A stretch of DNA of 44,227 nt from Squalus acanthias (taxonomy: Eukaryota), in contig JASTWF010000360.1 in NCBI GenBank assembly GCA_030390025.1, forward strand, positions 434,001 to 478,227. Direction: 5' to 3'. A program made the translations under genes and the position numbers. Every line of letters begins with the position of its first letter. Within the stretch, counting starts at the first letter, position 1. Of the stretch, positions 10,253 through 20,748 are shown in pieces. The notes below the pieces were generated by a model. It did no database searches. It saw only the letters and a list, made by a program, of their open reading frames with translations, and was not told the DNA's origin.

Positions 10253-11293
10253 CCGGCTAGCAGGCTGGACCGTCTGCTGTGTCGAAGACCTGTGTTGGTT
10301 GGTTTAACAGGTACTTTTCCGAGCACAGTTCAGTCAATATCATCGATGTGATATGTTCTTTGCAAGTTCGAAGAAGTCTCCCTGGCAAGGAAAACTTGGC
10401 TATTCGACCTACAGGCGCGGTCGGGATTTACTGACCGTGGCGATGAATATGGTCTTCCTCTCTTCTCATCTCATCTCATCTCATCTCATCTCGGGCCTTT
10501 GGTTCCGCTGCCAGTTACCAACATAGGTCTTCGTTACGCGACACGAGGTAGATCCGAACGGATCTGAAAGTTCAACAGTCTTTTTCAAAGAGGCACCAGG
10601 CAAGCAGGGACCCGACTACGAGTCAAAACACAGGAGCAGCCACGAGGATAAGCGAAACAAGAGAAAGATGGACGGTTTGGAGCCTGCAATTATAGTGCAA
10701 AATCTTCCGTTTCCCGCCCAACCTTAATGTCCATTCTTTTGTTAGGGTCTGGCGCTCAAATGTCTTGTATGGGTGATCTCCGTTCTTAATGGGTTTCGGG
10801 GCTACTCGTAAATGTCTGAGTACCTGTTAATATTTCTCCCATTGTTAAATCGGTCGGTGTTCTCCCTGGAGGGGTTTGGGGCTTCCAAGTGTCCTGTATA
10901 ACTACCTGCTAACGGCTCTCTCATCGTAGAGTCGTTGGGATTTTACATATTAATGTCTTTTGGATGGGCCCTTGATTACTCGGTACAATGGCTTTCCTTT
11001 GTACCTGGGAGACCGATTTCAGTATCTATGTGTATACTGCAAACCCATAATGTCTCGTGTATTATCTTCACTGTGCTGAATCTTAATCGATCTTGCACAA
11101 ATGTTTATTGGAACGCCATCTTGTCTGCCTGTTGAAAAGTCTAGAATGTTCTGTCACGAGGTGCGGCGGCCATTTTACAGGCTGCTTGTGTCCACTTTAA
11201 ACCTGCCAGCATTCTACTGAAATAAAAGCTGTTTGAACGAAACTCTGTGTTTTCTCCTTATTAATAAAATCGCGATATATTGCGAATTCTACA
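10253..11293 (-). repeat. 3' LTR of provirus B, proximal (U3) part
   Basis: Matches 21327-22369; joins 316-897 at CCGG. Confidence 0.95.
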
Positions 11294-11743
11294 GTCCCTC
11301 CTGTTGATGCGAATAACTCCGCTTATCGTATCAAAAATCATAGTGGTGAGCAATATTATCTCGATTTCTCTCCGAATCCAGTAAATTAATCCCATAATTT
11401 TAACCTAGCTAGGGTCTCTGTGTCGTCCTCATTTCCCAAGAAAATTACATTTTATATCACCGTAGGCATTATTTGCCCTTAAACTTACACCACTTGTTTT
11501 CCTTCCCGGCGTAACCAGGCCGATGCCTCTCGTATCACCTGTATATTCATCTTTTATTCAGGGAAAGGAAAAACAAAACCCAAAACCAAACAATCATTTT
11601 TAACTGTAACACCATCACCAAAATAATCAACACCAACTCTTAAAACATGTCGAGTTCCCAACGTATTTACAATCTCTGAAAATCATGATCGAGTACAAAC
11701 TTCCGCGGCGCACGTGGCGAGCGGGAGTGACGCCATTTTCCGA

Positions 11744-14095
11744 TTACACGGTGCTTTCATCGTGCACGCGCACGTAACGTTCTCGCCACTCTCCCGTGTT
11801 TTCATGCTTGGTGAGGCGTTTGTCTCTTTTACAATGTACGACCAATAGGTACACTACAATGAAAACTTGGCATACGACTAAAATGTGGGAGGCTATTCTG
11901 ATCCATGAAGGCACTTCAATATTAGTGAACAGATTCCACCACGGTGGAACTACTATATCCAGAATGTCTGTTCCTATTTCGACAGTTTTCTGCTCTAATG
12001 TGTAAAAATGTTTCTGTGACACCGCGACGGCTTTTAAAAGCTTGGTGAGGTGTTCAGGGAGAGGGGGAATGAGGTATCCAAAATGCGCGACGAATCGCTG
12101 CAAGTCGGTGAAATTCTCTTTTACTGTGAGATGAACAGTGGATGGTTCAGGGATTGGGATAATTCGCTGTTGTGCTACTTGAACTTCCGCCCTGGGTTTA
12201 AAACAGAAACTGCTGTCACTCACCGGACACCGGCTACGGTTTCCATGCTGGTAGTGTTGCGCTGCAGTGGTAACACAATATGTTCCACCCCCGATGTATG
12301 CTACCTGCGGAGGCACATGATCTTGTGCCATTGCCTCCATGGTGCAATTCATGGACTTGGCGCCAGTCGTTCTGAACCCGCACTGTGGTGTTAAAAAGGC
12401 ATTCAAGTGCTGGGGGCACAGTATTATGTGTGCTCCCCTGCCACGACAACCAGAGAGATCTGTACCTGTCATCGTTTGCTCCCAGCGGATGACGTAAGGT
12501 GGAACCGCTGCATAACGAATGTGGGCTCCCCCCTGAATGACACCAATGTTCTCTACCCGATATACCGGGGCGGGCTTTGCTGTGTCGCCCAAAACCGGCA
12601 TGCGTAATACTATTCCCATAATAGTATGGTTTGAACGTCCGCAGTCCACGGGGACTGGGTAAGCTTCTGAAGCTAGCCTGAGCTGGCACGGACTTAATGC
12701 GTTCTGAAAAGGGTGGAGCGCCCGCAGGTGTTTGTTACTTATCCAGGACGGAACCAAACCTTGTTTTAAATCCTCCAAATTACTGCGGCCCTCGCCCAGT
12801 AACCACGCCCCGTAAAGCACGCACACCTCGTTCTGCGCAGCTTGATCGGATGCATTCCGATCTTCCCTAATCAGGGCATTTACCGTCTTTGCATGTTTCT
12901 CCAACTCTGCTATAATTTCCTTTAAATGGAGAGTCATGGCTTGGTCCTCGTGTAGACCCGACCCTACCACTTTATTCTCATCTGTTAGAATGTCTTTTAA
13001 TTGTGTCTTTAAACCATTAATCTGGGTCTGCAGCTCCACACTGTCTAGAGCGTTGACCACAGATGTACCAGTGTTAAAAGCAGTGAACGCATCGTTCACC
13101 AAACCCCTTCTTTGCCTCCCTACTTGATCCAAAACTTCCTGTGGTGCGGTGTACAAACTTGTTTTATCAATTTCCGCGAAATCGAATTCGTAAAATTGTC
13201 TGAACATCTTGGTCAACAGGACCTGATACAACTGTTCCGTCTTTTTGGGGCACCACTCTGGTAACCGCACCTCGGTGAGATTTAAAATCACCGAGGCCAC
13301 CGCGTAATGTACCCCCTGAAATAGTATCTGGTCTGTGGGGACCAGTACCAAACCATTCCCGGGTCCCTTACTAGTTTTAGGGCACCCTTCTTCCTCAGCT
13401 AGAACCACCGGAATCGTGGGCGGGGCTTTGCGTGGGCGCGTAATGAGCTCAGTGGCATTTACTGGGATCGGGGAGAATGGGGCTCCGCACCCCCTGGTGC
13501 TCGCATCCCACCTCATCCCCTGTCCGTTATCCTGCCATTGATTAATGAAAAATATGGAGATGCCTTTGGGGCAAACGTACTTTGACCCCCACATACATAC
13601 ATAAATTCCCTCGTCCGGTTCCCACCATTTGTCCCAACAGACTTTCACTTGTCCGTTTGTCCCCGTAATTGTCCGATGGGTATTATTACCCAGTCGTTCC
13701 CACTCGACCGAAGAGTTCCTCATAGTTTTGCTCAGCTTTCGCAGCCACCACCATCGGCTCAATGGGACATTCCCACTACAAGTCAAACAAATCCGTTTGC
13801 CGACGGTGACGCTGATCCTGGGTGCGATGATCCTTACTTTGGGGCACAGTAAAGAAGTCTCTTTGTAGGCAAACCCCGATGTGCTAGAATACTCCGTTGA
13901 GTTCGTTCCCAGCCATCCTGGCCACCTTCCCTTGTGGAAATAGGTGCTGGTCTCCTCTGCCTCCCGTCTTCCGGTCCCATCCACCGCGATGGGGGCCGTG
14001 TCCCCGGAACATCCGAACACCACGACATCCTTGGTGCGGCCTCGATAGGCCAATCCACATCCGATTGCCGCGAGCAATACTAGAATTCGTTCCAT
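11744..14095 (-). CDS. env: Envelope glycoprotein of B, 783 aa, intact
   Basis: Colinear without indels with A env; four amino-acid differences seen in the ORF track. Confidence 0.92.
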   Translation of the reverse strand: MERILVLLAAIGCGLAYRGRTKDVVVFGCSGDTAPIAVDGTGRREAEETSTYFHKGRWPGWLGTNSTEYSSTSGFAYKETSLLCPKVRIIAPRISVTVGKRICLTCSGNVPLSRWWWLRKLSKTMRNSSVEWERLGNNTHRTITGTNGQVKVCWDKWWEPDEGIYVCMWGSKYVCPKGISIFFINQWQDNGQGMRWDASTRGCGAPFSPIPVNATELITRPRKAPPTIPVVLAEEEGCPKTSKGPGNGLVLVPTDQILFQGVHYAVASVILNLTEVRLPEWCPKKTEQLYQVLLTKMFRQFYEFDFAEIDKTSLYTAPQEVLDQVGRQRRGLVNDAFTAFNTGTSVVNALDSVELQTQINGLKTQLKDILTDENKVVGSGLHEDQAMTLHLKEIIAELEKHAKTVNALIREDRNASDQAAQNEVCVLYGAWLLGEGRSNLEDLKQGLVPSWISNKHLRALHPFQNALSPCQLRLASEAYPVPVDCGRSNHTIMGIVLRMPVLGDTAKPAPVYRVENIGVIQGGAHIRYAAVPPYVIRWEQTMTGTDLSGCRGRGAHIILCPQHLNAFLTPQCGFRTTGAKSMNCTMEAMAQDHVPPQVAYIGGGTYCVTTAAQHYQHGNRSRCPVSDSSFCFKPRAEVQVAQQRIIPIPEPSTVHLTVKENFTDLQRFVAHFGYLIPPLPEHLTKLLKAVAVSQKHFYTLEQKTVEIGTDILDIVVPPWWNLFTNIEVPSWIRIASHILVVCQVFIVVYLLVVHCKRDKRLTKHENTGEWRERYVRVHDESTV

Positions 14096-14556
14096 CCTTC
14101 CTTGGTTCCTGTGATCAGATAGAATGAGGTAGCCAGCCTCGCAAGAGTCTCTGGCTTTTGTGAAGGGTGAGCGGGTCCCCTGACCTCGCCTCACGTAAAC
14201 TTCAACGTTCGCTGAATAAACTTTAACTAAACCTATCTTTAAAGCTCCCATCATTTTATCGTTTTCTGTTAAAAACACTACAATCTTAACCTTATTAAAA
14301 CTATAAACTTAACCTTGATCCATCAACTATAAACTTACCCTTGAACTATAAACTTAAAACTTAAACTATACTTTACAGTGCCGCCCGTTCTCAGGGCGGC
14401 CCCTTTAAATTCTGAGAAGGCTGCTGCGAGCTCTTCCCGACGGTGGGAGGGCACTGACCCTTCCCTCTGATCTGCCGCAGCCTGTTGCTGCACTGACCCT
14501 TCCCTCTGATCTGCCGCAGCCTGTTGCTGCTGCGATGTGGCCGGCCTGTATCTGGG

Positions 14557-17500
14557 TTATCTTAACCTTAATTTACGCCTTGGGGCAGTCTGGGGACATG
14601 ACCACATCCTCCTGGGCTGGGGTTCTCTACTTGACCTACGGGGAGTTGCTATGGGCGGGGGTTCCGTGACTGACGGACCGGGTTCGAGACTTCCATCGGG
14701 ATGACCTGGGGTTCCACCACAGTCGCTGGCTCCGCCTCCGCTGACTCCGCCTCCCTAACCTCGGGGCTTGCAGTTTGTGGCTCCGCCCTGCTCGGCCCAG
14801 CAGGCGGCCCTTCACTCGTGATCTCTGCCTCCCCCGAGGACGGGACGTTCAAAGCGGGCGGCCACATCTCTGGGAGCCACACCGGTACTCTCTGTGCTCC
14901 CATAGCGGCTGGCCCTGCCTCCCCTAGCTCCTCCCTCCTGTCCTCGGGACCTGCAGCTTGTGTGTCCACCCTGTGTGGATCTCTATCTGCAGCCCCCATT
15001 CTCCCCATATCGTAAACGGGACCGTTCCTCCGAAACCACCCGTCGTCATCACTATCCTCATCTGCACTATCCTCATCTGACCCGGGTACCCTGAATTCTT
15101 CCTCATCTAACCCCCAATTCCAGAAAAACGCTGCATGATCGTCCGGGATGTCCCTTCCCCTGATGCAAGCTGCTATGCCTGCCTGTGTGCCTTGTGGTCC
15201 TACCTGGGGCTGTGCTTTCCCACTGGCGGGATTTACCCCTGTAGTTTTCCCCTGCGCACCTGGCTGGTACAGTTTGCATTGGTTTATGTGGAACCACTTA
15301 GTGCGCCGAGGTACTTTTACGGCGTAAACCATGGGACTCGCCTTGTCTACAATGTTGTAGGGTCCCATATACAGTGGTTCCAGACTCCCTACTCTGGCGT
15401 AGTTTCTGACCATGACCTGGTCTCCTACTTCCCACTCCCGCGTTTTGCGGGGTTCCAGCAACAAGCGATTGCCCTGATGCTGCCTTCCCATGTTCCCAGC
15501 CGCCTGCTCATAAACCTGCTTCAGGCGCTCCAAGAGAGTCTGGGCGAACTTGTCCCTGCTTATCTCTTGGAGCTGACCCTCAGTGAGCACCGGCGCTAGC
15601 ACATGGGTGGGGGTTCGCATGAGCCTCCCAGTCATCACCTCGTGCGGGGAGTACCCCGTACTTTTTGACTGACTGGCCCGGACCCCCATGAGGACTAAAG
15701 GCAGAACTTCCGCCCATTTTTGGGGCGAGTTCCTAGTCTCTTTCCTCAATTTCTCCTTCAGGGTCCGGTTCATGCGTTCAACAATCCCGGATGACTGGGG
15801 ATTGTGTGCTACGTGCCACTTCCCTTCAATGCCCAAAAGCATGAGGGTGTTCTGCATCACCTGGCCGGTGAAATGACTCCCTTGGTCTGACTCCACAAAA
15901 CGGGGAAGTCCCCACCGCGAGAACACTTCCCGGACCAAGATTTTTGCTGTACCCAGTGCCGTAGCTGTTCGACAAGGGAAGGCTTCCACCCACTTGGAAA
16001 ACACATCCACCAGGACGAGGCAGTATTTATAGCCTCCCTGGGTGGTGGGCAGGGGTCCTATATAGTCGATCTGTATCGACTGCCATGGTCCCTCTACCCT
16101 TCTTACGTGTCCCATGGGCACCTTCCTTTTCTGGGGGTCTGGGTTGTTTGCAGCGCACACAAGACAGTTTGCACAGAACTCGCGGACTTGTTCCCTGAGC
16201 CCTGGCCACCATCCCGCTTGCTCTACCCGTTGCCAGGTAACCTCGGGCCCGGGGTGCCCTGCCCCTGGTCCCTCGTGAGCCAACTGGAGGAATTCCCTCC
16301 TGTGCTGCTGCGGCACAACCCACTGCTCCTCGCGGAACAGCATGCCTTCCTTAACTGAGAGGGTTGCCGTACTGTACGGACCTTCTACCTGCCTCCCCTC
16401 AGCAATGGTTTTTAGGACTGCTTTTAGGGCGGGATCCTGGGCTTGGACGGTCTTAAGGTCTAGGGGCAATGCTACCCTGGTGTTCCCGGGATTCCCGTCC
16501 CTGCCTCGGATCGCTGCTATGGGTCTGGTCCCATAGGGGTTCCAGAAAATGCCGTTGCGGGCACCTTCCCTGGCTAGCGCATCCGCCTGCTGGTTGCCCT
16601 CCCCACGGGGCTCTGTGGAGGAGTGAGCTTTCACCTTATGGATGAAAATCTCTCCTTCCTCCCCTACTGCTGCTGCTAAGATCTTTTCCAGCAAGGGCTT
16701 CACCGTTAAAGGTCGCCCGTCCGCGGAGGTGTATCCACGGCGGGACCAAATGGCCAGGTATTCCGTACACGAATTGCAGGTGAACATACTGTCCGAGCAA
16801 ATCGTGTATGGGGTTGGGAAAATGTCTGGGTGGGTCACAACGTACACCACGGCAGACAGCTCAGCCTGCTGCGCGCTCATGGTGCTAGGGAGCTTGATCG
16901 CCAGGGCAAGGTCTGCCGCAGGGTCATAAACTCCACACCCTGTGAGTCGCTCGCCAGCAGATACTGTGCTAGACCCATCAACATAAATCTCGCGCCCAGT
17001 GGGATGTATCCCGGCCCGTAAACCTATGTTGACGTCCCACACCCCTTCCACCGAACACCGGTGGGCTGTACCGGGGTATACCAAATTGGCCGCAAGCCTG
17101 GGCTCGCAAAGACCTTTTACTCTAAGATCCAACTGGGAGAGAAGAAGGGTCCAACGCGCAATGCGCGCGCTGCTTACGGTCCCGTCTTTAATCCTCCCAT
17201 CCAGAAGCATCTTAGTTGGTGTGTGATGTGTGAGGAGAGTGATGGGAGAGAGCCCTGTGAAGATCGCTGATCTTTTCACAGCCCAATGCGTGGCTAAAAG
17301 GTGCCTTTCGCAATTGGAGAAACTTCTCTCCACATCCGTTAACACCCTGGAAGACAACCGGCCTCAGCTTGCCGTGACGCTCTTGGAGCAGCACGGCGCT
17401 TAAGCTGTCTCCGCTGGCAGCTACCTCCAGGAAAAACTCCTTCCCCCCATCTATGGCCCCTAAGGCTGGCGCGGTCTGCAGATCCCTTTTTAACTTCTCG

Positions 17501-18933
17501 AAGGCTGCTTGGCAGCCCTCGTCCCAAAACCACTCCACCCCCTTATGGAGGAGTCGGAGGAGCTGCGCTGCTGTGGCCGCATAATCTTCGATAAAATCCC
17601 TGCAGTAACCGGTCAGTCCCAAGAAGGACCTCACACCCCTTACGTTGTTGGGAATCGGTAATTCTTGCACCGACTCCCTCCTTGCTTTGTCTATGGCTCT
17701 TTCCCCAGCGCGTATGGTCAGTCCCAGGAATTTTACTTCCCGCTGACCGATACGTGCTTTCTTAGGGTTTATTTTAAAACCCTTTCTCGCTAACAGCTCC
17801 AATAACTCGTCCAGTAGTGGTCCATGCTCCTCCCTTGAGTCCGTAAATAGGAGCAAATCATCCACATACTGCACTATCTGATTGGGCTGACTAAACTCCT
17901 TTAAACTTCCTGCCATACACTGATGGAAAATACTGGGGCTATTGTGGAAACCCTGTGGCAGACAGTTCCATGTGTACTGTTGTCCTTTGAAAGTAAAGGC
18001 AAACTTGTACTGGTCCTCTCGCCTCAGCGGGATGGACCAAAAACCGTTCGAGATATCCAGCACCGTGAACGTGGTCGCGGACGCTGGGATGCTCCCTATT
18101 AGGTCAGCAACTGCTGCTACCGTGGGCGCGCAGGCGGGAATGTTACTGTTAAGGACTCTGTAGTCCACCGTGGCTCTCCACGAATTATCCGGCTTCCTAA
18201 CCGGCCATAATGGGGAGTTCACGTGTGTGGCTATCGGCCTCAACACGCCCTGCTGCACCAAGGAGGACATTGCTGTCTCCATATCGGGTTCTGCTTCTTT
18301 GGGGAAGTTATACTGCTTTTGGGGTCGGGTCATGGGGTCCCCATCTACGCTGACCTCAAACCCGACAACCCTCCCACAATCGTGCTTGTGGGTTGCAAAC
18401 GCGTGCATATTATCTGACACGTACGTTTGCATGTCCGTTGGGACATCTGCGACCATAAGCCTGAGGTCGTAGCCTCCGGATGGCTGTACGGTACACAGGA
18501 CCCCTGTTTCTTCCTCCCCCGGAATCACTATTACCTCGCCTTTTTCACCCTTAGCCCCCCAGAGACAGTGATTTCTGAGGTCCACGAGGATCCCGTGTCC
18601 CGATAGAAGATCAGACCCGAGAATACCTCTTCCACCCCCCTCCTGCCATGCCATCAGTATACACTTCCACTTAAGGCGAAGTGTTCCTAAACGAATGGAT
18701 AGCGGAAGGGAAAACGTGCCAGCCTGTTCTTTTCCTGTGAACCCCGCTAACGTGAATGGGACCCTGGTAGATAGCGGCGAGTCAAAAGGGTTATCTGTAT
18801 GGATTATGGTGCAAGAAGCTCCCGTGTCCAACAAATAACTACCCCTCTGTTTCTCTACCTCCATCTCCACCAAAGGTCGCTTCCACGCATCATAGCTAAG
18901 CGGACACAGGTAGACGGGCTGCGCCGGTTCTAG
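14557..18933 (-). pseudogene. pol: pol of B (protease, RT, tether, RNase H, integrase, long tail), frameshifted near 17355 and near 14685
   Basis: LLDTGAS (PR); LPQGFHNSP and YVDD (RT); degenerate RH LEVAAS..ERHLLA..THH; second RH YVDGS..AQQAEL..SDS..KVKAH..NQQADALA; IN HHCC, QIDYIGP, SDQG, GIVER, GPY motif. In frame with gag across TGA. Confidence 0.93.
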
Positions 18934-20688
18934 TCATGGTGTACTATTAGACGGTCCTGCGGCACCTACGGGGCCGGTTGCGACCGCCACCTGTCCACGT
19001 GCACTCAAGAGATTGCGCATGGCTCCTAACACTACTTCGATGTCGTCGGGAGGGGTGGGTGCCTTAGCTTCCTTAGCCGGGACAGGCGCCTGGGCTCGGA
19101 CCGCGGGATTTTTATCCTTGGAATCCTTCCAAGGGTTCCTGCAATGCTTGCGCCAGTGCCCTGTCTTCCCACACCCGTAACAAGCATTACCTGCCTGTGG
19201 GGCGCGATTACCCTCCTGATGCCACTCTCTTTGATACGGGGCTGCAGGTCGTACCTCATGTACTCTTCCCTTAAGGGGACGTGTTGCCATACCCCTTATA
19301 TTGCGATATCCTAACGTGAGTCGATTCAAGACCAACTCTTCCGTAATGTTGGGGTCATTGGGATCAAACCATGCTTTTGCCTGCTCTCTGACGGCTGGTA
19401 AACTGTTGGCTATTATGCAGCTAAGCCAATGAGTTAAAGCGGTGCCTTCCACATCTTCGCGCTCGGGCGCACCGAGACAGCTGCGCTCATATACTGGCCA
19501 CAGCCTGTCGGCAAAAACCTTCGGGGGTTCTCCCTCCATCTGCACTGTCTGTCCCACTCTCGCAAACGGACCTTCATCGTTCGCCCCCAACACTTCCAGG
19601 ACCTCGTCCCTCAATTCCTCATAAGTCTTGGTTCCCCTCTTGCTCTCGCCTGAGAGACACTGAAGGACCGAGCTGTCTAGTGAGAACAGCAGCATTTTTG
19701 CTGTTTCCCCATCATCGCAGCCGTTAATGGCTGCGGCTTGCTCAACTTCTCTGAAATGTACGGAAGGGTCGTCTGACTCGGTCAGCTTCCGTACGTGATT
19801 TATCATAGCTCTCAGCTGGTGTGAGCTGTGAGGCAACACAAGCTGTCCGAGGAGATCCCCTGGTTCTTCCCCACCGTTTCTGTTTGGGCCCCTTTTAATA
19901 CCCGTTACTGGATACAACGGTCCCTTTCCTACTTCTTTCTCAATGGGCTCTTTTGTTTCTTCCATTGCTTCCTCCCTTACCCAGGTTTCCGAATAGCTGG
20001 GTGGCGCGGAGGGCGCAGTGGCTACTACTTCTTCTGCTTTACTTGGTGGGGATTTCTTAAACTTCTCACCTACTAACGGCTGGTGTGCTGACGGACTGAT
20101 CAGGCACACCATGCCGTTCGCTTTGTTTACGGCCTTCTTGAGGTGCTCTATCTCCCTTTGGCAGGCGCTATGGTCGGCTCCCTCAAACTTATCCTCAAGG
20201 GCCAACTTATATGCCGCCCTAACCCCCGTTAAGCTCTCTTCTTGAGTTCTTATCTGGGCAGCTTGGCGGCTACATCTTTCCTTTAACCTGCTCTCATTCA
20301 ACTTTGCCTCAGTGACCTGGCACTCGAGATAATCTATCCTTGTTTTAAGGTGACTGGAGATTTCCTGGCTTTCTTGGTGCAACTCATTTAAATTCTTAAT
20401 GAGCACCTCCCCTCCAGAAACCTTCTCATCCATTTCTCCCTCTAAATGACTGATTCGAGCTACTAGCGCTGTAATGGTCTGGTTTGAAATCTGAACCTGC
20501 CTTTTGTAACACATAAGCCAGACTGCTTTCTCAAGTGTCTTTTTATGTTCTTTACTATCTGTCCACCTTTCGGCTGCCTCTAGCGGGCTTTTATCCGCTA
20601 ACAATTCACTTATCCATTTCTTAGTTAGATTAACCTTTCCGAACACATAATCTGCTATCTTTTCCTGCATAACATTTCGTACAGTCAT
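18934..20688 (-). CDS. gag: Gag polyprotein of B, intact (first in-frame ATG at 20688)
   Basis: Open frame with coiled-coil, PSAPPSY late-domain motifs (19993-20013), capsid-like region and one CCHC knuckle. Confidence 0.92.
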   Translation of the reverse strand: MTVRNVMQEKIADYVFGKVNLTKKWISELLADKSPLEAAERWTDSKEHKKTLEKAVWLMCYKRQVQISNQTITALVARISHLEGEMDEKVSGGEVLIKNLNELHQESQEISSHLKTRIDYLECQVTEAKLNESRLKERCSRQAAQIRTQEESLTGVRAAYKLALEDKFEGADHSACQREIEHLKKAVNKANGMVCLISPSAHQPLVGEKFKKSPPSKAEEVVATAPSAPPSYSETWVREEAMEETKEPIEKEVGKGPLYPVTGIKRGPNRNGGEEPGDLLGQLVLPHSSHQLRAMINHVRKLTESDDPSVHFREVEQAAAINGCDDGETAKMLLFSLDSSVLQCLSGESKRGTKTYEELRDEVLEVLGANDEGPFARVGQTVQMEGEPPKVFADRLWPVYERSCLGAPEREDVEGTALTHWLSCIIANSLPAVREQAKAWFDPNDPNITEELVLNRLTLGYRNIRGMATRPLKGRVHEVRPAAPYQREWHQEGNRAPQAGNACYGCGKTGHWRKHCRNPWKDSKDKNPAVRAQAPVPAKEAKAPTPPDDIEVVLGAMRNLLSARGQVAVATGPVGAAGPSNSTP

Positions 20689-20725
20689 TCCAAAGTCTAA
20701 CACACTACCCTCTCGTGCTGCCAGT

Positions 20726-20743
20726 GTCCTGCCGCGGTCGCCA
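20726..20743 (-). promoter_or_regulatory. Primer binding site of B, tRNA-Arg(UCG)
   Basis: Same 18-mer as 2551-2568, on the minus strand. Confidence 0.85.
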
Positions 20744-20748
20744 TTTTC

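Noticed and set aside
14096..14278. N-terminal extension of Env from upstream starts
   Set aside because: The frame upstream of 5707 is not shared with A, and the signal peptide begins at MERIL.
17340..17360. Programmed frameshift within pol
   Set aside because: No slippery heptamer; the expected PVAYxSR motif lacks residues, indicating a small deletion or sequencing error.
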